From the NCBI RefSeq assembly GCF_006345805.1, contig NC_042999.1:22444001-22508000 (forward strand): a DNA stretch of 64,000 nt, in the 5' to 3' direction. Shown piece after piece: positions 27,883 through 40,180 of the stretch. This DNA comes from Octopus sinensis (Eukaryota). Numbering within the stretch: the stretch's first letter is position 1; each line of letters opens with the position of its first letter. The notes beneath the pieces were generated by a model. The model was not told the origin of the DNA. It saw only the letters and a list, made by a program, of their open reading frames with translations, and did no database searches. Position numbers and translations under genes: made by a program.

Positions 27883-28367
27883 TCGGTTACTTCAACATAA
27901 CACATGCTGACTGTGATTGATGTAATCGACTTACCTCTACCCTAAAATCACCGACCTTACGCCCAGATTTGAAACTATTATTGTTGTATACATACATATA
28001 TGCATGCATATATTTGTACATACATTTATAATATACATACATGTAAGTACGTAAATATATATGTATACATCTATGTGTGTACATGTAATATATACGTACG
28101 TACAAACATAGATACATACACACATACATACATACATACATACATACATACATACATACATACATACATACATACATACATACATGCATGCATATATACA
28201 TACATTTACATTCATACATATATAATATATATAAACATATATGTACACACAGAGACACATATATGAATGCATGTATAATCACGTACATACATGTATGTAC
28301 ATACATATATACATGCATACATACATACATACATACATACACAAACACACATATACATGCATGCATT

Positions 28368-28740
28368 AACAACCACATGGTTCCGGGTTCAGTCCCACTG
28401 CGTTCCACCTTGGGCAAGTGTTTTCTACTATAGCCTCGGACCGACCAAAGCCTTGTGAGTGGATTTGGTAGACGGAAACTGAAAGAAGCCCGTCGTACAT
28501 ATGTATATGTGTGTGTATGTGTGTGTGTGTGTCTGTGTTTGTCCCCCATAACATCGCTTGACAACCGATGCTGGTGTGTTTACGTCCCCGTCATTTAGCG
28601 GTTCGGCAAAGGAGACCGATAGAATAAGTACTAGGCTTACAAAGAATAAGTCCTGGGGTCGATTTACTCGACTAAAGGCGGTGCTCCAGCATGGCCGCAG
28701 TCAAATGACTGAAACAAGTAAAAGAGTAAAAGTGTAAAAG
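28368..28740 (+). mobile_element. SINE family A, slightly 5'-truncated
   Basis: Matches family A. Confidence 0.9.
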
Positions 28741-29205
28741 AGTACATGTGTATGTATACATGAACATAAATGTATGTACATATGAATGTATCTGTGTGTA
28801 TGCAAAGTATCTGCGTGTATACATGTATATATTTAATATCCATTTCTGGGCCAATGTATACATATGTGCATATATATGCACATATGCATACGTGTACGTA
28901 TGAAAATGGAAAAGTTTCTACCAGCTCGCCGCCTTTTAATCGATTAAAGCTGAGGTATCAAAGTACACTCCCCTGCCAATGTAAAGGTACATAACTCTTA
29001 CAAAATGACTATAATTCTACAGAGTTATTTTTCATGTTCGTCGAAATGAGAACTTACGTACGTCCCTAAATTCTTGTATAGATCGTGAAACGACATTCCC
29101 TTACAACGTAATTATTTCTTTTGCCTGAAAACTTCAGATTTATATGCATGTGTTAAGTTTCATACAAATGTCTTTGGGTATATTTGTGGCGTTTGTATAT
29201 ATATA

Positions 29206-29563
29206 CTAGCAGTATCGCCCGGCTTTGCTCGGGTTTGTAAGGGAAATAACTATATAAGCATTTTTAGAGAGTTATAGTAAAAAAATAGCAAAAAAATGCA
29301 TTAAAATCGTTGACTCATCGTAGACATTTTTAGAGAGTTACTTCCCTTATATAATAGCGAAAAAATGGAAAAAAAATTATGGTAAATTTTTTTTTTATCG
29401 TAGACTCATCGTAGACGCGCGCTAATACCCAGAAGGGCTCGATATGAATCACGACTATAAGATACCCGCTTTTGGTTAAACTGCACCGCAAAATGTGGGA
29501 GTAGTTAGGAATCTAAATCGAAGGGGACAGACACTCACACAACTTCACTTTTATATATAAAGA
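29206..29563 (-). mobile_element. Non-autonomous Helitron
   Basis: Minus strand: A|TCTTTATATATAA 5' end, hairpin CCCGAGCAAAGCCGGG, CTAG|T 3' end; second copy at 61344-61740. Confidence 0.85.
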
Positions 29564-29782
29564 TATATGTCCTAATCGTAAAATCGAGGCACGAAATTGC
29601 TTTGCATTTATTGGTGCTTCGTAAGTATTTACTTTAAAATATAGGAACAAAGAGTTAGCGGTGCAATACTTGGTAGAATTTTCCCTCATGTTTTATTAAT
29701 GCAATGGTGGTGGGGTGGGGTGGTGGCGGTTGGCGACGGTGGTGAGGGGTGCTGGTGGAGGTGCTGCTGCTGTTGCTACTGT

Positions 29783-29820
<38 letters not shown>

Positions 29821-29928
29821 GTAGTGGTGGTGGAACTGAACCCGGAACTATGTGGTTGGTAAGCAAGCTACTTGCCACACAGCCACTCCCGCGCCTATGT
29901 AGTAGACAAAGAGAATAGAAAGTACTAG

Positions 29929-30530
29929 GTAATTGATTTTAGAGTCCCAAATGATGAGAAAGTCAATATGAGAAGTGTAATGAAAATAGTAAAGTACCAG
30001 GATCTAGCCATTGAATTACATGGGGTATAGAAAGTATGGAAATGTATCCCTGTAGTTACGGGTGCATTGGGAACTATTGCTAAAGATTTGGATAGATAGA
30101 TAGAGGAAATTAGCATTAAACCTAGTTTAGTACAGCTGTAGAAAACAGTATTGTTAAGTTATGGAGATGTACTTCGATAGCAAGTGACCTGATCTGAGAT
30201 CGTGTGCTGGAACGAAAACAATTGCAGCGTGAAAGGTGTTTATAAACCATTTAAGAAACACACAAAAACCGTTTGATTCACTTCAACATTTAAATTTAAT
30301 TTGCCAAAATATTTTCGTCGCTTTGAGACCGCGACCTGTTGCAGCACGAAGCTTGGTCAGTGAACAGGTCGCGGTCTAAAAGCGACGAAAATATTTTGGC
30401 AAATTAAATTTAAATGTTGAAGTGAATCAAACGGTTTTTGTGTGTTTCTTAAATGGTTTATAAACATTTTTAATGCTATAAGTATTGTTACGGTTCAGTT
30501 AGAATTCTTAGGAAGGTTCTTGGCTCCTAA
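29929..30530 (+). pseudogene. 3' fragment of an RLE-type non-LTR retrotransposon (R4/Dong-like), interrupted
   Basis: VIDFRVPND..KIVKYQDLAIEL..IPVVTGALG..KTVLL | YGSVRILRKVLGS*; split at 30157-30480. Confidence 0.8.
30157..30480. mobile_element. 324-bp fold-back insertion with 10-bp target-site duplication
   Basis: TSD AGTATTGTTA at 30147-30156 and 30481-30490; near-perfect 104-bp inverted arms at 30237-30340 and 30363-30466. Confidence 0.85.
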
Positions 30531-30790
30531 AGTTATTTATTGTAGCCCAGTATTAAAGAGATTTTTTTCCAACAGTCTAATCTGTTCAGTGAACATGAAA
30601 TAATAATATCCAATCTACGTAAATAATTGTTTCAAATCTAGGCACACGGCAAGCAATTTTGGGGGAGGGGTAAATTGATAACGATAATAATTGTATTAAT
30701 ATCGGTATTTAGTATCCAAGGCCGACTTTCTTCTTTATCTTTTTGGGGTCGATAAGTGATGTACTAGTCAAGTTCATTTTCTACATCTCT

Positions 30791-30853
<63 letters not shown>

Positions 30854-31011
30854 TTGTCTCTATCTCGTTCTTTTTCTTTCTCACAATCTTCACCACACAC
30901 ACACGTGTGTGTGTAGTCTTATGGCTTAGATCAAGGTCTAATATCTACTCTTATCAGTTTAATATACATACATATATACATACATATATATATATATATA
31001 TTATATATATA

Positions 31012-31088
<77 letters not shown>

Positions 31089-31867
31089 ACGATATATATA
31101 ATATTAAAGGGTAATCAGAAATATTACAAATTTCCATTACCACTGGCCTAGCGTGAAAAAATTTAGTCAAAAGACTATATATTACTCACATAAATACAGT
31201 GTACATAAGAGGCATCCATCATAGGACTCCTTGCACGTGCGTGTGTTTGTGAACAAACAAAAACAAGGAAATTCCATATGCCGAACAAACCTGAAGTATG
31301 TTATTAAAACCACGAGAGACCAACCCAGTTACTTCCCTTACACTCTTTGTTCTGCCTCGCATACTAAATGTCTGTCGGGAAAGCAAGGATGTCACAGGAT
31401 TTTCTTCTGATAATTCCAAAGAAATAAGCAAATATATACGCAAAAAATTTTTAAAAAAAGAAACAATTAAAATTGTACGACTCATGATTCATGAATGCCT
31501 TCAGTTGATGACCTGCATTAATGTTTGGCATTCTTTTCGCTTTTAGTTTTTATTCTTTTTATTCCGGGCTAATGAATCGAGCATCTATGTGGTCGGTCAG
31601 TGGTCTCGTTAGAAATAGCAGCCAAATTGAATATCTTAGTCTTCAAAACAGAAAGAAACAGCAGGACGTGTTGAAATCTATAGTCCTCGATATAGGTTGA
31701 ATGAAAATAAGCAGAGATGGTCATGGCAGTGGTGTTTTTGATAATAGGCTTGTTCTAAACAATAGCAACTAAATTCATGCCTGAGACCACCTTTAGTCTT
31801 TTGATACAAACTTCCTGTTTTAACCCTTTAGCATTCCAGTTACTCTGTCAAATGCAATGCTTATCTA

Positions 31868-32243
31868 TTACCTCCACCTTACAGAATGCGGAGGTATTGT
31901 TTTCAGTCGCATTCATTTGTTTGGCCGTTGACAAGATATCTCAAGAACCGCTGGATGGATTCAGATGAAACTTTCAGGGATGTTTGACCTCGTGGCTGGC
32001 ATGAACTTATTAGATTTTGGGATCGATCCGATTCCGGCCAAGGATTCTGGATTATTTTTCCTGTTTTTCTTTTTTTTTTTTACTTAATTTTTGAGAGCGG
32101 TCGGGTTCATTTTTAATATTCTCGTTTGTGAAAGCAATCGAGTTTATTTCAGATATTCTCATTTTAAAAATCATCCCCGGCTAACCGTTGAGAGGACGTT
32201 GATGTTGCCTTGGCGAAGGTTTGCGCTCTCTGAGTGCTCTTGT
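31868..32243 (+). mobile_element. Non-autonomous Helitron/Helentron-like (HINE-like) element
   Basis: 5' ACCTCC..GGAGGT hairpin; 3' TTGGCGAAGGT plus GCGCTCTCTGAGTGC palindrome. Confidence 0.65.
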
Positions 32244-32504
32244 TCACATTGTTTTCAATTAACCATGCACTACCTCATACCTTAGAGCTTTCGATGATGT
32301 GACTGCTTATTTTTAGAATGACATTGTAGGTTAGGTGTGAGAGGACGGTTCTGGTCTGTTTGAACATAAAACTGATAGAATGTTTGGGCTGGATATCGCT
32401 GGTTTAACTACTAAAAGGTTAAAATATTTTGAATTAAAATTTCACGTTAATTTATGTTCCAAACACCAGGTTGATAATGGCAAAGCTATGTCGGTAAATT
32501 CATT

Positions 32505-32961
32505 GAATCTTTTCCGTTTGAACGGCAGTTTTTAACATAATTTCTAGGTAACTAAAAAAATGTTAAACTTCGTATACTGGTAGAATGTGTTTATAAAACA
32601 TCTTTTTCTCTTGGCTTTATTGAGAAAATTCTATAATTTGTAAGATATTTGTTGTTGTTTTTCTTCAATTTCTGCAATTTCAACCTATCAATGACGTCCA
32701 TTGAGGTAAAAAAAAAAAACATTCTGTGCCGTATGAATATGTCCCTCGTTTAAGAAACAGATTTGGTTTATTTACATTTGTGAAGAAGAAAAAGATACCC
32801 TTCCCCCCACCCCTAACCCCAACCCTAACCCTAACTAACCTTAACTAACCCTAACCCTAAAACAGATTGAAATGCAATAGATCGCTTCTAGGGTCATAAT
32901 TATGGGTGACAATTTCATATGACACCGCTAGAAAAAACTGCCGTTCAAACCGAAAAGATCC
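32505..32961. mobile_element. MITE with 8-bp TSD and internal (CCCTAA)n-like tract
   Basis: TIRs GAATCTTTTCCGTTTGAACGGCAGTTTTT / AAAAACTGCCGTTCAAACCGAAAAGATCC; TSD AATTCATT on both sides. Confidence 0.9.
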
Positions 32962-33690
32962 AATTCATTTTATGTCAGAAACGCTATTTTAACATTATAA
33001 TGTTTCTTATTGTAACTTCATTATACATAACAAGTTTTCAAACAGAATTAGCTTTAACTGATAAACTGATAAAAACGAAGACTGTATTTCGACAGAAGTC
33101 AAGGGCAGAGAAGCCAAACAAGCATTTCGTATTTGAAGACCACATTGAATCTAAGAGACCTACATTAAAGAATATTTATTTAATTATACAAAAATTATAA
33201 TTACGTTATTGTGGAAATGTAAACAAATATTTATAACTGAACGCATCTGGAAATGTAAACTGAGACTTAATCACTTAATACTATGCAATCAAATATGAAA
33301 ATATATTATTATTTGGCTTTTTTGCAAAACTAAACTTGTTTCGGAGAGCTCTGCTTAAAAGGCCTCAGGTAAGTCTAATAATTTACCGTCACCACCGCCA
33401 CCACCACCACCACCAGCATCATCATCATCTTATCACCAAATATTCATCATCATTACCATCAGTAGCAACATCCTCAATCTCATCCTCATCATCACTATCA
33501 CCATCATCTTAAAGGCGTCGTTTTTAATATATATACCCAGCATGTTTCGTTGCTACTTAATGGAGGTTTTGTTTGTTTTTTAATTGTGTTTTTTAATCTC
33601 GACAGCTGCATATATTGTTGTGTATGAAACGTATCTTATTGTTAAATATATGTATAAATTACACACGAATGTTGTTATAATGATAATGGT

Positions 33691-33730
<40 letters not shown>

Positions 33731-33790
33731 ACACACACACATAGTCATCAAAATTGTTATAATGTCTTGTTGTTGAGATAGGTTCTCTTT

Positions 33791-33876
33791 CTTTCCTGTT
33801 GAGAAGATTACATTGTTTTACACCGGTTATTCCTTTGGAATAAAACTAATGTTGTCTTCGAAACATATGTCGAAAG
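33791..33876 (+). ncRNA. Type-I hammerhead-like motif with long stem II (A6U variant)
   Basis: CTTTC-CTGTTGA-GAAGATTACATT...AATGTTGTCTTC-GAAA-CATATGT-C-GAAAG. Confidence 0.7.
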
Positions 33877-34242
33877 TAAAAGAATTTGAATAACACCTGC
33901 GTTCAACCCCATTTATTTACTTATACTATACTATATTATACTATATTTATTTACTTATACTATTTACTTATACTATACAAATTACTGCACATTAACCTTT
34001 GAATAGGTCGCTACATCCTTGTGAATTTTGCTACATGGTAACTGTTTATTGAATTTTCCATGTTAACTGTAAACAAAGGATAATTCATTCATCCATTTTG
34101 GGAGTCATCTTAACCTTGTTATCTCCCCTACTTTCCTCCTCGTGTTTGAGCCTTCTGTCCGGCACTAGTCGCCATGATAGATCGTTAGCCACTACACACA
34201 TTTTTTTCTCTCCTTGTTTCTCTCCTTGTTTTTTCTGTGTCC

Positions 34243-34278
34243 CTTTCTGTAGAAGAGCGTATGCTCGAAACGTAAAAG
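34243..34278 (+). ncRNA. Minimal hammerhead-like motif (A6U variant)
   Basis: CTTT-CTGTAGA-A-GAGC-GTAT-GCTC-GAAA-CGT-A-AAAG; host element about 34100-34375, relatives at 48000-48235 and 35695-35811. Confidence 0.65.
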
Positions 34279-34491
34279 ACTTTTTCTATTCCTGAGCGTT
34301 ATACTAATACATCTTTTTTTTTGTTTTGTACACCACCTGTCTTCGTCTTTTGTTTTTTTTCGTAAACTCTCCCTATATATATATATATACATAGTAAATC
34401 TCAAAAAAGAAGAAGAACGAACACAAAAATCAACGTGAGGACATGGTACATGTAAAGTATTAGCAGACGCTCAGGGAAGGAAAGAAAGGTG

Positions 34492-34526
34492 GCTTAACAT
34501 TTCGAGCAACGCTCTTCTTCAGAAAC
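34492..34526 (-). ncRNA. Minimal hammerhead-like motif (same family as 19667)
   Basis: Minus: GTTT-CTGAAGA-A-GAGC-GTT-GCTC-GAAA-TGT-T-AAGC. Confidence 0.7.
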
Positions 34527-34884
34527 AGAGGAAAGTGCAATAGAAAAGAAGACGGTGGAAGAAAATTGCCAACGATTCACATGTGGCTACATTTTGAAAT
34601 GACCGGAAGGGAATGGGTGGAGAAAAAGTTCTTTCTAAGACAGAAGAGTGTAAGAGAAGGAGGTATGTGTGAGCATGTGCGTGCGCGCAATTCTGTGTGT
34701 GTGTGTGTGTGTATGTGTGTGTTTGTGTTGTGTGTGTGTGTGTGTAATGGCACGTGTATGTGCGTGTGTATGTGTTGTGTGTGTGGTGTATGTGTGGTTT
34801 TGGCTGTGAGTGAACTTTGTGTCTTTTAATGTTGTAGCATGGTAACAGGTGTAGCGGTCTTTTGTGTAAGAGGATCGTAGTCGT

Positions 34885-35200
34885 AGGATCGCCCAGTCGT
34901 AGGATCGCGGTTTCGATTCTCAGACCGGGCGTTGTGAGTGGTGGTGGTGGTGGTGGTGGTGGTGGCGAAGCCTGCTGTACTCTTTCACCACAACTTTCTC
35001 TCACTCTTTCTTCCTGTTTCTGTTGTACTTGTATTTCGAAGAGCCAGCTTTGTCACACTCTGAATCTCCCCGAGAACCACGTTAAGAGTACACGTGTCTG
35101 TGGAGTGCTCAGTCACTTGCAAATTAATTTCATAAGCAGGCGGTTCCGTTGATCGGAACAACAGGAACCCTCGTCGTCGAAACCGACGGAGTGCCACGAC
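34885..35200 (+). mobile_element. SINE group C variant with a third tail type
   Basis: GGTTTCGATTCTCAGACCGGGCGTTGTG, CTCTTTCACCACAACTTTCTCTCAC, tail CCCTCGTCGTCGAAACCGACGGAGTGCCAC. Confidence 0.65.
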
Positions 35201-35375
35201 GATATATATAGGGTGTCCCAAAAATCATTATACACTGTCTCTTTTCTATTTCGCTTCAGGTATCATTGGGAGAGACGTGAGGCCATCAGCATTTGACACC
35301 TCAGACTTCGCAATTTTTATAAATACATCATTCCTTTACCACCAGCTTTGGAGAGTCTCGTGCATGTTCGAGAAT

Positions 35376-35679
35376 GTCTGCTGTAATAACAGAATGAAAA
35401 ACTCCATTAATATTCCGAGACGGCTGTGATGTTGAATTTCCAAGAAAGAACTCATATTTCAAAACTGTACGAATTTCTGACTAATCCATCTCTAAATAAA
35501 AAGAGCAAAAAACGATTTATAAACACTTTATAAAGCGCAAAATGAGTTGGAATAACGAAATAAATGTGTCAGCTTTCTAACAAAAAATAACGATTATCAA
35601 AATATAATGATGGAGCAAAATGAGCAGCTGTCAAAGTTTACCATATACCTTACTACAAATTTCATGCTTGACGACCTAA
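35376..35679 (-). mobile_element. 5' fragment of the same mariner family as 4282-5540
   Basis: TIR ACAAATTTCATGCTTGACGACCTAA|TA, 5' UTR and transposase start. Confidence 0.85.
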
Positions 35680-35775
35680 TATATAGTTCAAATTTATAGA
35701 AAAGCAAAAGACAAAGACAGGTGTAGGAACAACAATCAGGTGTATTAGTTTAACGCTCGGGAAAAATGGAAAAGG

Positions 35776-35811
35776 CTTTTACGTTTCTAGTCTACGCTCT
35801 TCTGGAGAAAG
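35776..35811 (-). ncRNA. Degenerate hammerhead-like motif (34243 family)
   Basis: Minus: CTTT-CTCCAGA-A-GAGCGTAGACTA-GAAA-CGT-A-AAAG. Confidence 0.4.
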
Positions 35812-35938
35812 AATGAAAATCTGAAGGACCGCTGCAATAAGTGAGTGAATCTGAGAGAGGAATATGTTCGATAAAATCATTATTAACTGATCCTCATGAA
35901 TTTCTTTTACCCAAAACCAGGAACTTTTCAGCACTCCT

Positions 35939-35977
<39 letters not shown>

Positions 35978-36126
35978 GGAGGTATAGAGACAGAGACAGA
36001 GAGATACACAAGCAAATAGATAGTGAGAGAGAAAGACAGACACACAAACACAGAGACAGACATATAGACAAACAGACAGGCAGGCAGGTATACAGACAGA
36101 CACACAGACAGACAGACAGACGGACG

Positions 36127-36261
<135 letters not shown>

Positions 36262-36657
36262 TGTAGCATATTTGAGAGTATATGATAGGTGTGCGTGATG
36301 GATATTTAACATGACAATACTGAATGTGCATGCAGTACATAATCTGCATTTTTGAAGACATGTGTTGGCCTATTGAGCATTACAGCAATGTTATAGTGCA
36401 TATACATTCACATATATACAGATTAGTTACAGGATTCATTAGAATCTAGGCGCATCAACACGTAGGACGCCAGAACTGGCTAGGTGCCATAAAAGAGTTC
36501 ACAGTAAGGTAAAAACAACCATGAGGTATTGTGTGTTATCATACAGCAGATATGTAGATACGCAAGTACCAAATACAATTTAAACCGTAGATCCGACGCA
36601 GGGTTAGTTCCAGGGACGGTGTAGATATAAAAAGAAGAATACAAATGGCGTTTAAAA

Positions 36658-36739
36658 TTTACTACAGCTGTTTCGGTAGAATTTTATTGACGTATTTATG
36701 TATTATATCATAACATATAATCCACCATCTTCAGATAAA
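36658..36739 (-). ncRNA. Type-I hammerhead-like motif
   Basis: Minus: TTTAT-CTGAAGA-T-GGTGGA...TCTACC-GAAA-CAGCTGT-A-GTAAA. Confidence 0.7.
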
Positions 36740-36755
36740 ACTTTAAACAATACAT

Positions 36756-36835
36756 TTTAACTGACGATGCTGGATATAAGCTATGATGTGATCTATGAAT
36801 ACATATATAAACTGCCACTGAAACAGCTGTAGTAG
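36756..36835 (+). ncRNA. Diverged hammerhead-like motif, inverted partner of 36658-36739
   Basis: CTGACGA-T-GCTGG...CCACT-GAAA-CAGCTGT-A-GTAG; stem I weak. Confidence 0.5.
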
Positions 36836-36983
36836 CTTTTAAACCCCATATGTATTCTTTTAATACATACATATGTGTGCGTGTTTGTGTGTGTGTAAAT
36901 ATATCTATTTACATATACATATATATATATACATATACATATATATATATATATATATAATATATATATATTATATATATATA

Positions 36984-37880
36984 TCCTTAAATCCTTAAAT
37001 CCTTAAAAATGTTTTAGCCCGAAGGCCGCGGCCATGCTGGGGCACCACCGCTGAATGAGCTACACTAGTTTGTGAATCCACCTCTGATACGTGGCACTTG
37101 ATCAACAAGGGAGTTCGATGCTGCTGCCCGCATCCGTGTCTCCTGTCGTGAGGTAGGTTCATCTGGGACTCCCAACAAGAAGAGATCCAGTTAGTTTTAA
37201 AGAAACCCACATCCACACCATGTAAGTCTCTCAGGCATTTAGGGAGGATGTTAAAGAACTGTGGTCCTCTGAAACCCAAGCTGTTGCAGTATCTGGACCT
37301 GTATTTTGATGGTGATGTTGGAATCCTTGGCACCACGCAGCGGCGCCCCGTTCTGCGGTTGGAGTAACTTTGAATGCCAAAGTTTGGGACAAGACCCTCC
37401 AGGATTTTCCAGATGTATATCACTGCATATCTCTCCCGCCTCCGCTCCAGGGAGAAGAGGTTTAATACCTTCAGTCTTTCCCAGTAGCTGACATTTTGCA
37501 TTGAGACGATTTTCTTTGTGTAGCTTCTCTGAATTGCTTCGAGTTCTGCTGTTTGTTTTATATTGTGTGGTGACCAAAGTTGGGAGCAGTAGTCCAAGCG
37601 ACTGAGGACGAATGTTTTCCATAGGACCATCAGTGTCTCCTTCTCTCTTGTTCTGAAAGTTCGGAGAATCCATCCAGCTAGCCGTCTGCATTTTATCACC
37701 AGATTAGCAATATGCATTTGGAAAGAAGCATCATTACTCATGTCAATGCCCAGGTCACGCACTGATTTTGACTCAGGGATTGCAATTCTTCCTGGGCCAG
37801 TGTATCCAGTCTTCACGTCATTTACCTTTGTGTGCCAGTAGCGCAGGGCCTGGAAATTACCTGCATTAAACTGCATGTTG
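36984..37880 (-). mobile_element. 5'-truncated CR1/L2-type LINE (RT C-terminus, 3' UTR, (TTTAAGGA)n tail) within (TA)n
   Basis: [55 protein letters not shown]; frameshift near 37200. Confidence 0.92.
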
Positions 37881-37919
37881 TATATATGTATATATGTATA
37901 TATGTATATATGTATATAC

Positions 37920-38010
<91 letters not shown>

Positions 38011-38030
38011 AATATATATATATATATATC

Positions 38031-38080
<50 letters not shown>

Positions 38081-38086
38081 TATATA

Positions 38087-38166
<80 letters not shown>
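37881..38166. repeat. Long (TA)n microsatellite
   Basis: Direct reading. Confidence 0.95.
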
Positions 38167-38168
<2 letters not shown>

Positions 38169-38169
38169 C

Positions 38170-38986
38170 GGAATGGTCATTTTGCCAGTTTAGCCAATAA
38201 AATCACACGCACTATATATTTGGTGTTACTTTGCTTCAGTGTTATTTATTTTTTTACATTAATCTTAATCGTATTTCGGCCAGAGTTCTTTCAGACAAAT
38301 TACAGAAGCTACACACATAATAGAATATAAACCTAGCCTGAATAAAAAACTAGAATGGAACAATAGCACACACTACAACATATGACGATAGAAGATCCCG
38401 AAAACATAATAAATACACAGATAAATAAACAAATAGAAATAAATAACTATATATATTTTTTTCCGATTTATTTATTTATTTTTTCGATTTATTATTATTA
38501 TTACTAGTATTGTTGTTATACATACATACATACATACATACATACATACATACATACATACATGCATGCATACAAGCATATGTAATGATAATAATAAGCG
38601 GATGTAAACATATGAACAAAATAAGAATAAACAAAAACAACAACAACAAAAACAAATTACATGAACGTATATAAACAGAAGATACAAATATTACAGGCAT
38701 CCCCCACATACACACACTAAATAAACATAGACGCACGTAGAGATATAAGCATGCGCAAATGAAGACATACAATAGAAATACAAAATGGCTAACGGTTAGT
38801 AAGAAGAGACACAAATAAGAAAGAAGAAAACAAAGGACCACTGATGCGGTCACAGGAGTGTGACGAAAGAACTCTGGCCGAAATAAGATTAAGATTAATG
38901 TAAAAAGTAAATAACACTGAAGCAAAGTAACACCAAATATATAATGCGTGTGATTTTATTGGCTAAACTGGCAAAATGACCATTCC
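38170..38986. mobile_element. Non-coding element with ~122-bp inverted ends (PLE inverted-pLTR-like) and a hammerhead-like remnant at 38841-38890
   Basis: 38170-38292 is the reverse complement of 38865-38986; CTGATGC-GGTCA...TGGCC-GAAA. Confidence 0.65.
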
Positions 38987-39051
38987 AGAATATAACAATA
39001 TCTGTTTCAACACACGACTTCACATAAAAAATCTTGCACAACAAATATTTA

Positions 39052-39121
<70 letters not shown>

Positions 39122-39124
39122 ATA

Positions 39125-40180
39125 CGAGGGGCGTTCAATAAGTAATGCCCCTGACCCACTTCCCATAGCAGTAGAGCAACGAAACTTGGCACAGTTATTA
39201 GTCTTTTTCTACATAGGAACCACCCAGAGTTACGCATTTCTTTCATTGTTTGATGCAGCTCTGGAGACCGTTTTTGTAGAAGAACCCAGCTTGGTCCTCC
39301 AACCACGACGTGACTTCAGAAATCAAGGCTGCATCATCTGGGAAACGCTTTCCTTTCAAAAACAACTTCATGACTGGGAAGAGGTGAAAATCAGAGGGTG
39401 CAAGGTCAGGAAAGTAGGGGGATGGGGGAGGAGTTCATAGCCATACGCCTATGCTTCTGATCTGGTGACAAGCGAGTTGTGGACCGGAGCGTTGTCCTGC
39501 AGGAGGATGCCTTTGCTGATCTTGCCCCGTTCTTGATTTTGATAACTTCTCTTAATTTCTTCAAAAGTGAAGCATAATAAACTCCTGCAATTGTAGTACC
39601 CTTTGCCAGGAAATCTGTCATCACTACTCCGTCCTGGTCCCAGAAGACTGTGAGCATGACCTTGCCAGCGGAGGGCTGCACCCTTGCCTTCTTTGGAGGG
39701 GTGAGTCACGGTGCTTTCACTGCATTGACTGGGCTTTGGTCTCTGGATCATAGTGATGGACCCAGGTTTCATCCTGTGTAATCAGTCTTTTGAAAAATTT
39801 TGACTCATCTTCTTGGCACATCTCCAAATTCACCCTCGAGCACTCGACGCGTTCTTGCTTCTGGAAAGGCGTGAGCAACCTGGGAATCCATCTGGCAGAC
39901 ACCTTTTGCATATGCAAATGGTCATGAATGATAATTTCCACAGACCCGTACTAATCTTGACCTCATGGGCTATTTGGCGAATAATTATGCGTCGATCTTC
40001 CAAAATGGCAGCCTCAACTTGACGGACAGATGTCTCATCAATGGCAGAAGGGGGCGACCAGATCTGGGAGCTGTTTCCACAGAGTTCCGACCATGTTTGA
40101 ATTCACGATGCCAGCGTTTTACCAGGTCATATGATGGGGCATCATCACCATAAGTTACTTTCATTTCATCAAAAGTCTCC
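39125..40180 (-). mobile_element. 5'-truncated mariner transposase pseudogene (CGAGGG-type TIR, irritans-like)
   Basis: TA|CGAGGGGCGTTCAATAAGTAATG TIR; ARWIPRLL, ITQDETWVHHYDPETK, SAGKVMLTVFWD, LLQDNAPVH with frameshifts. Confidence 0.93.
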
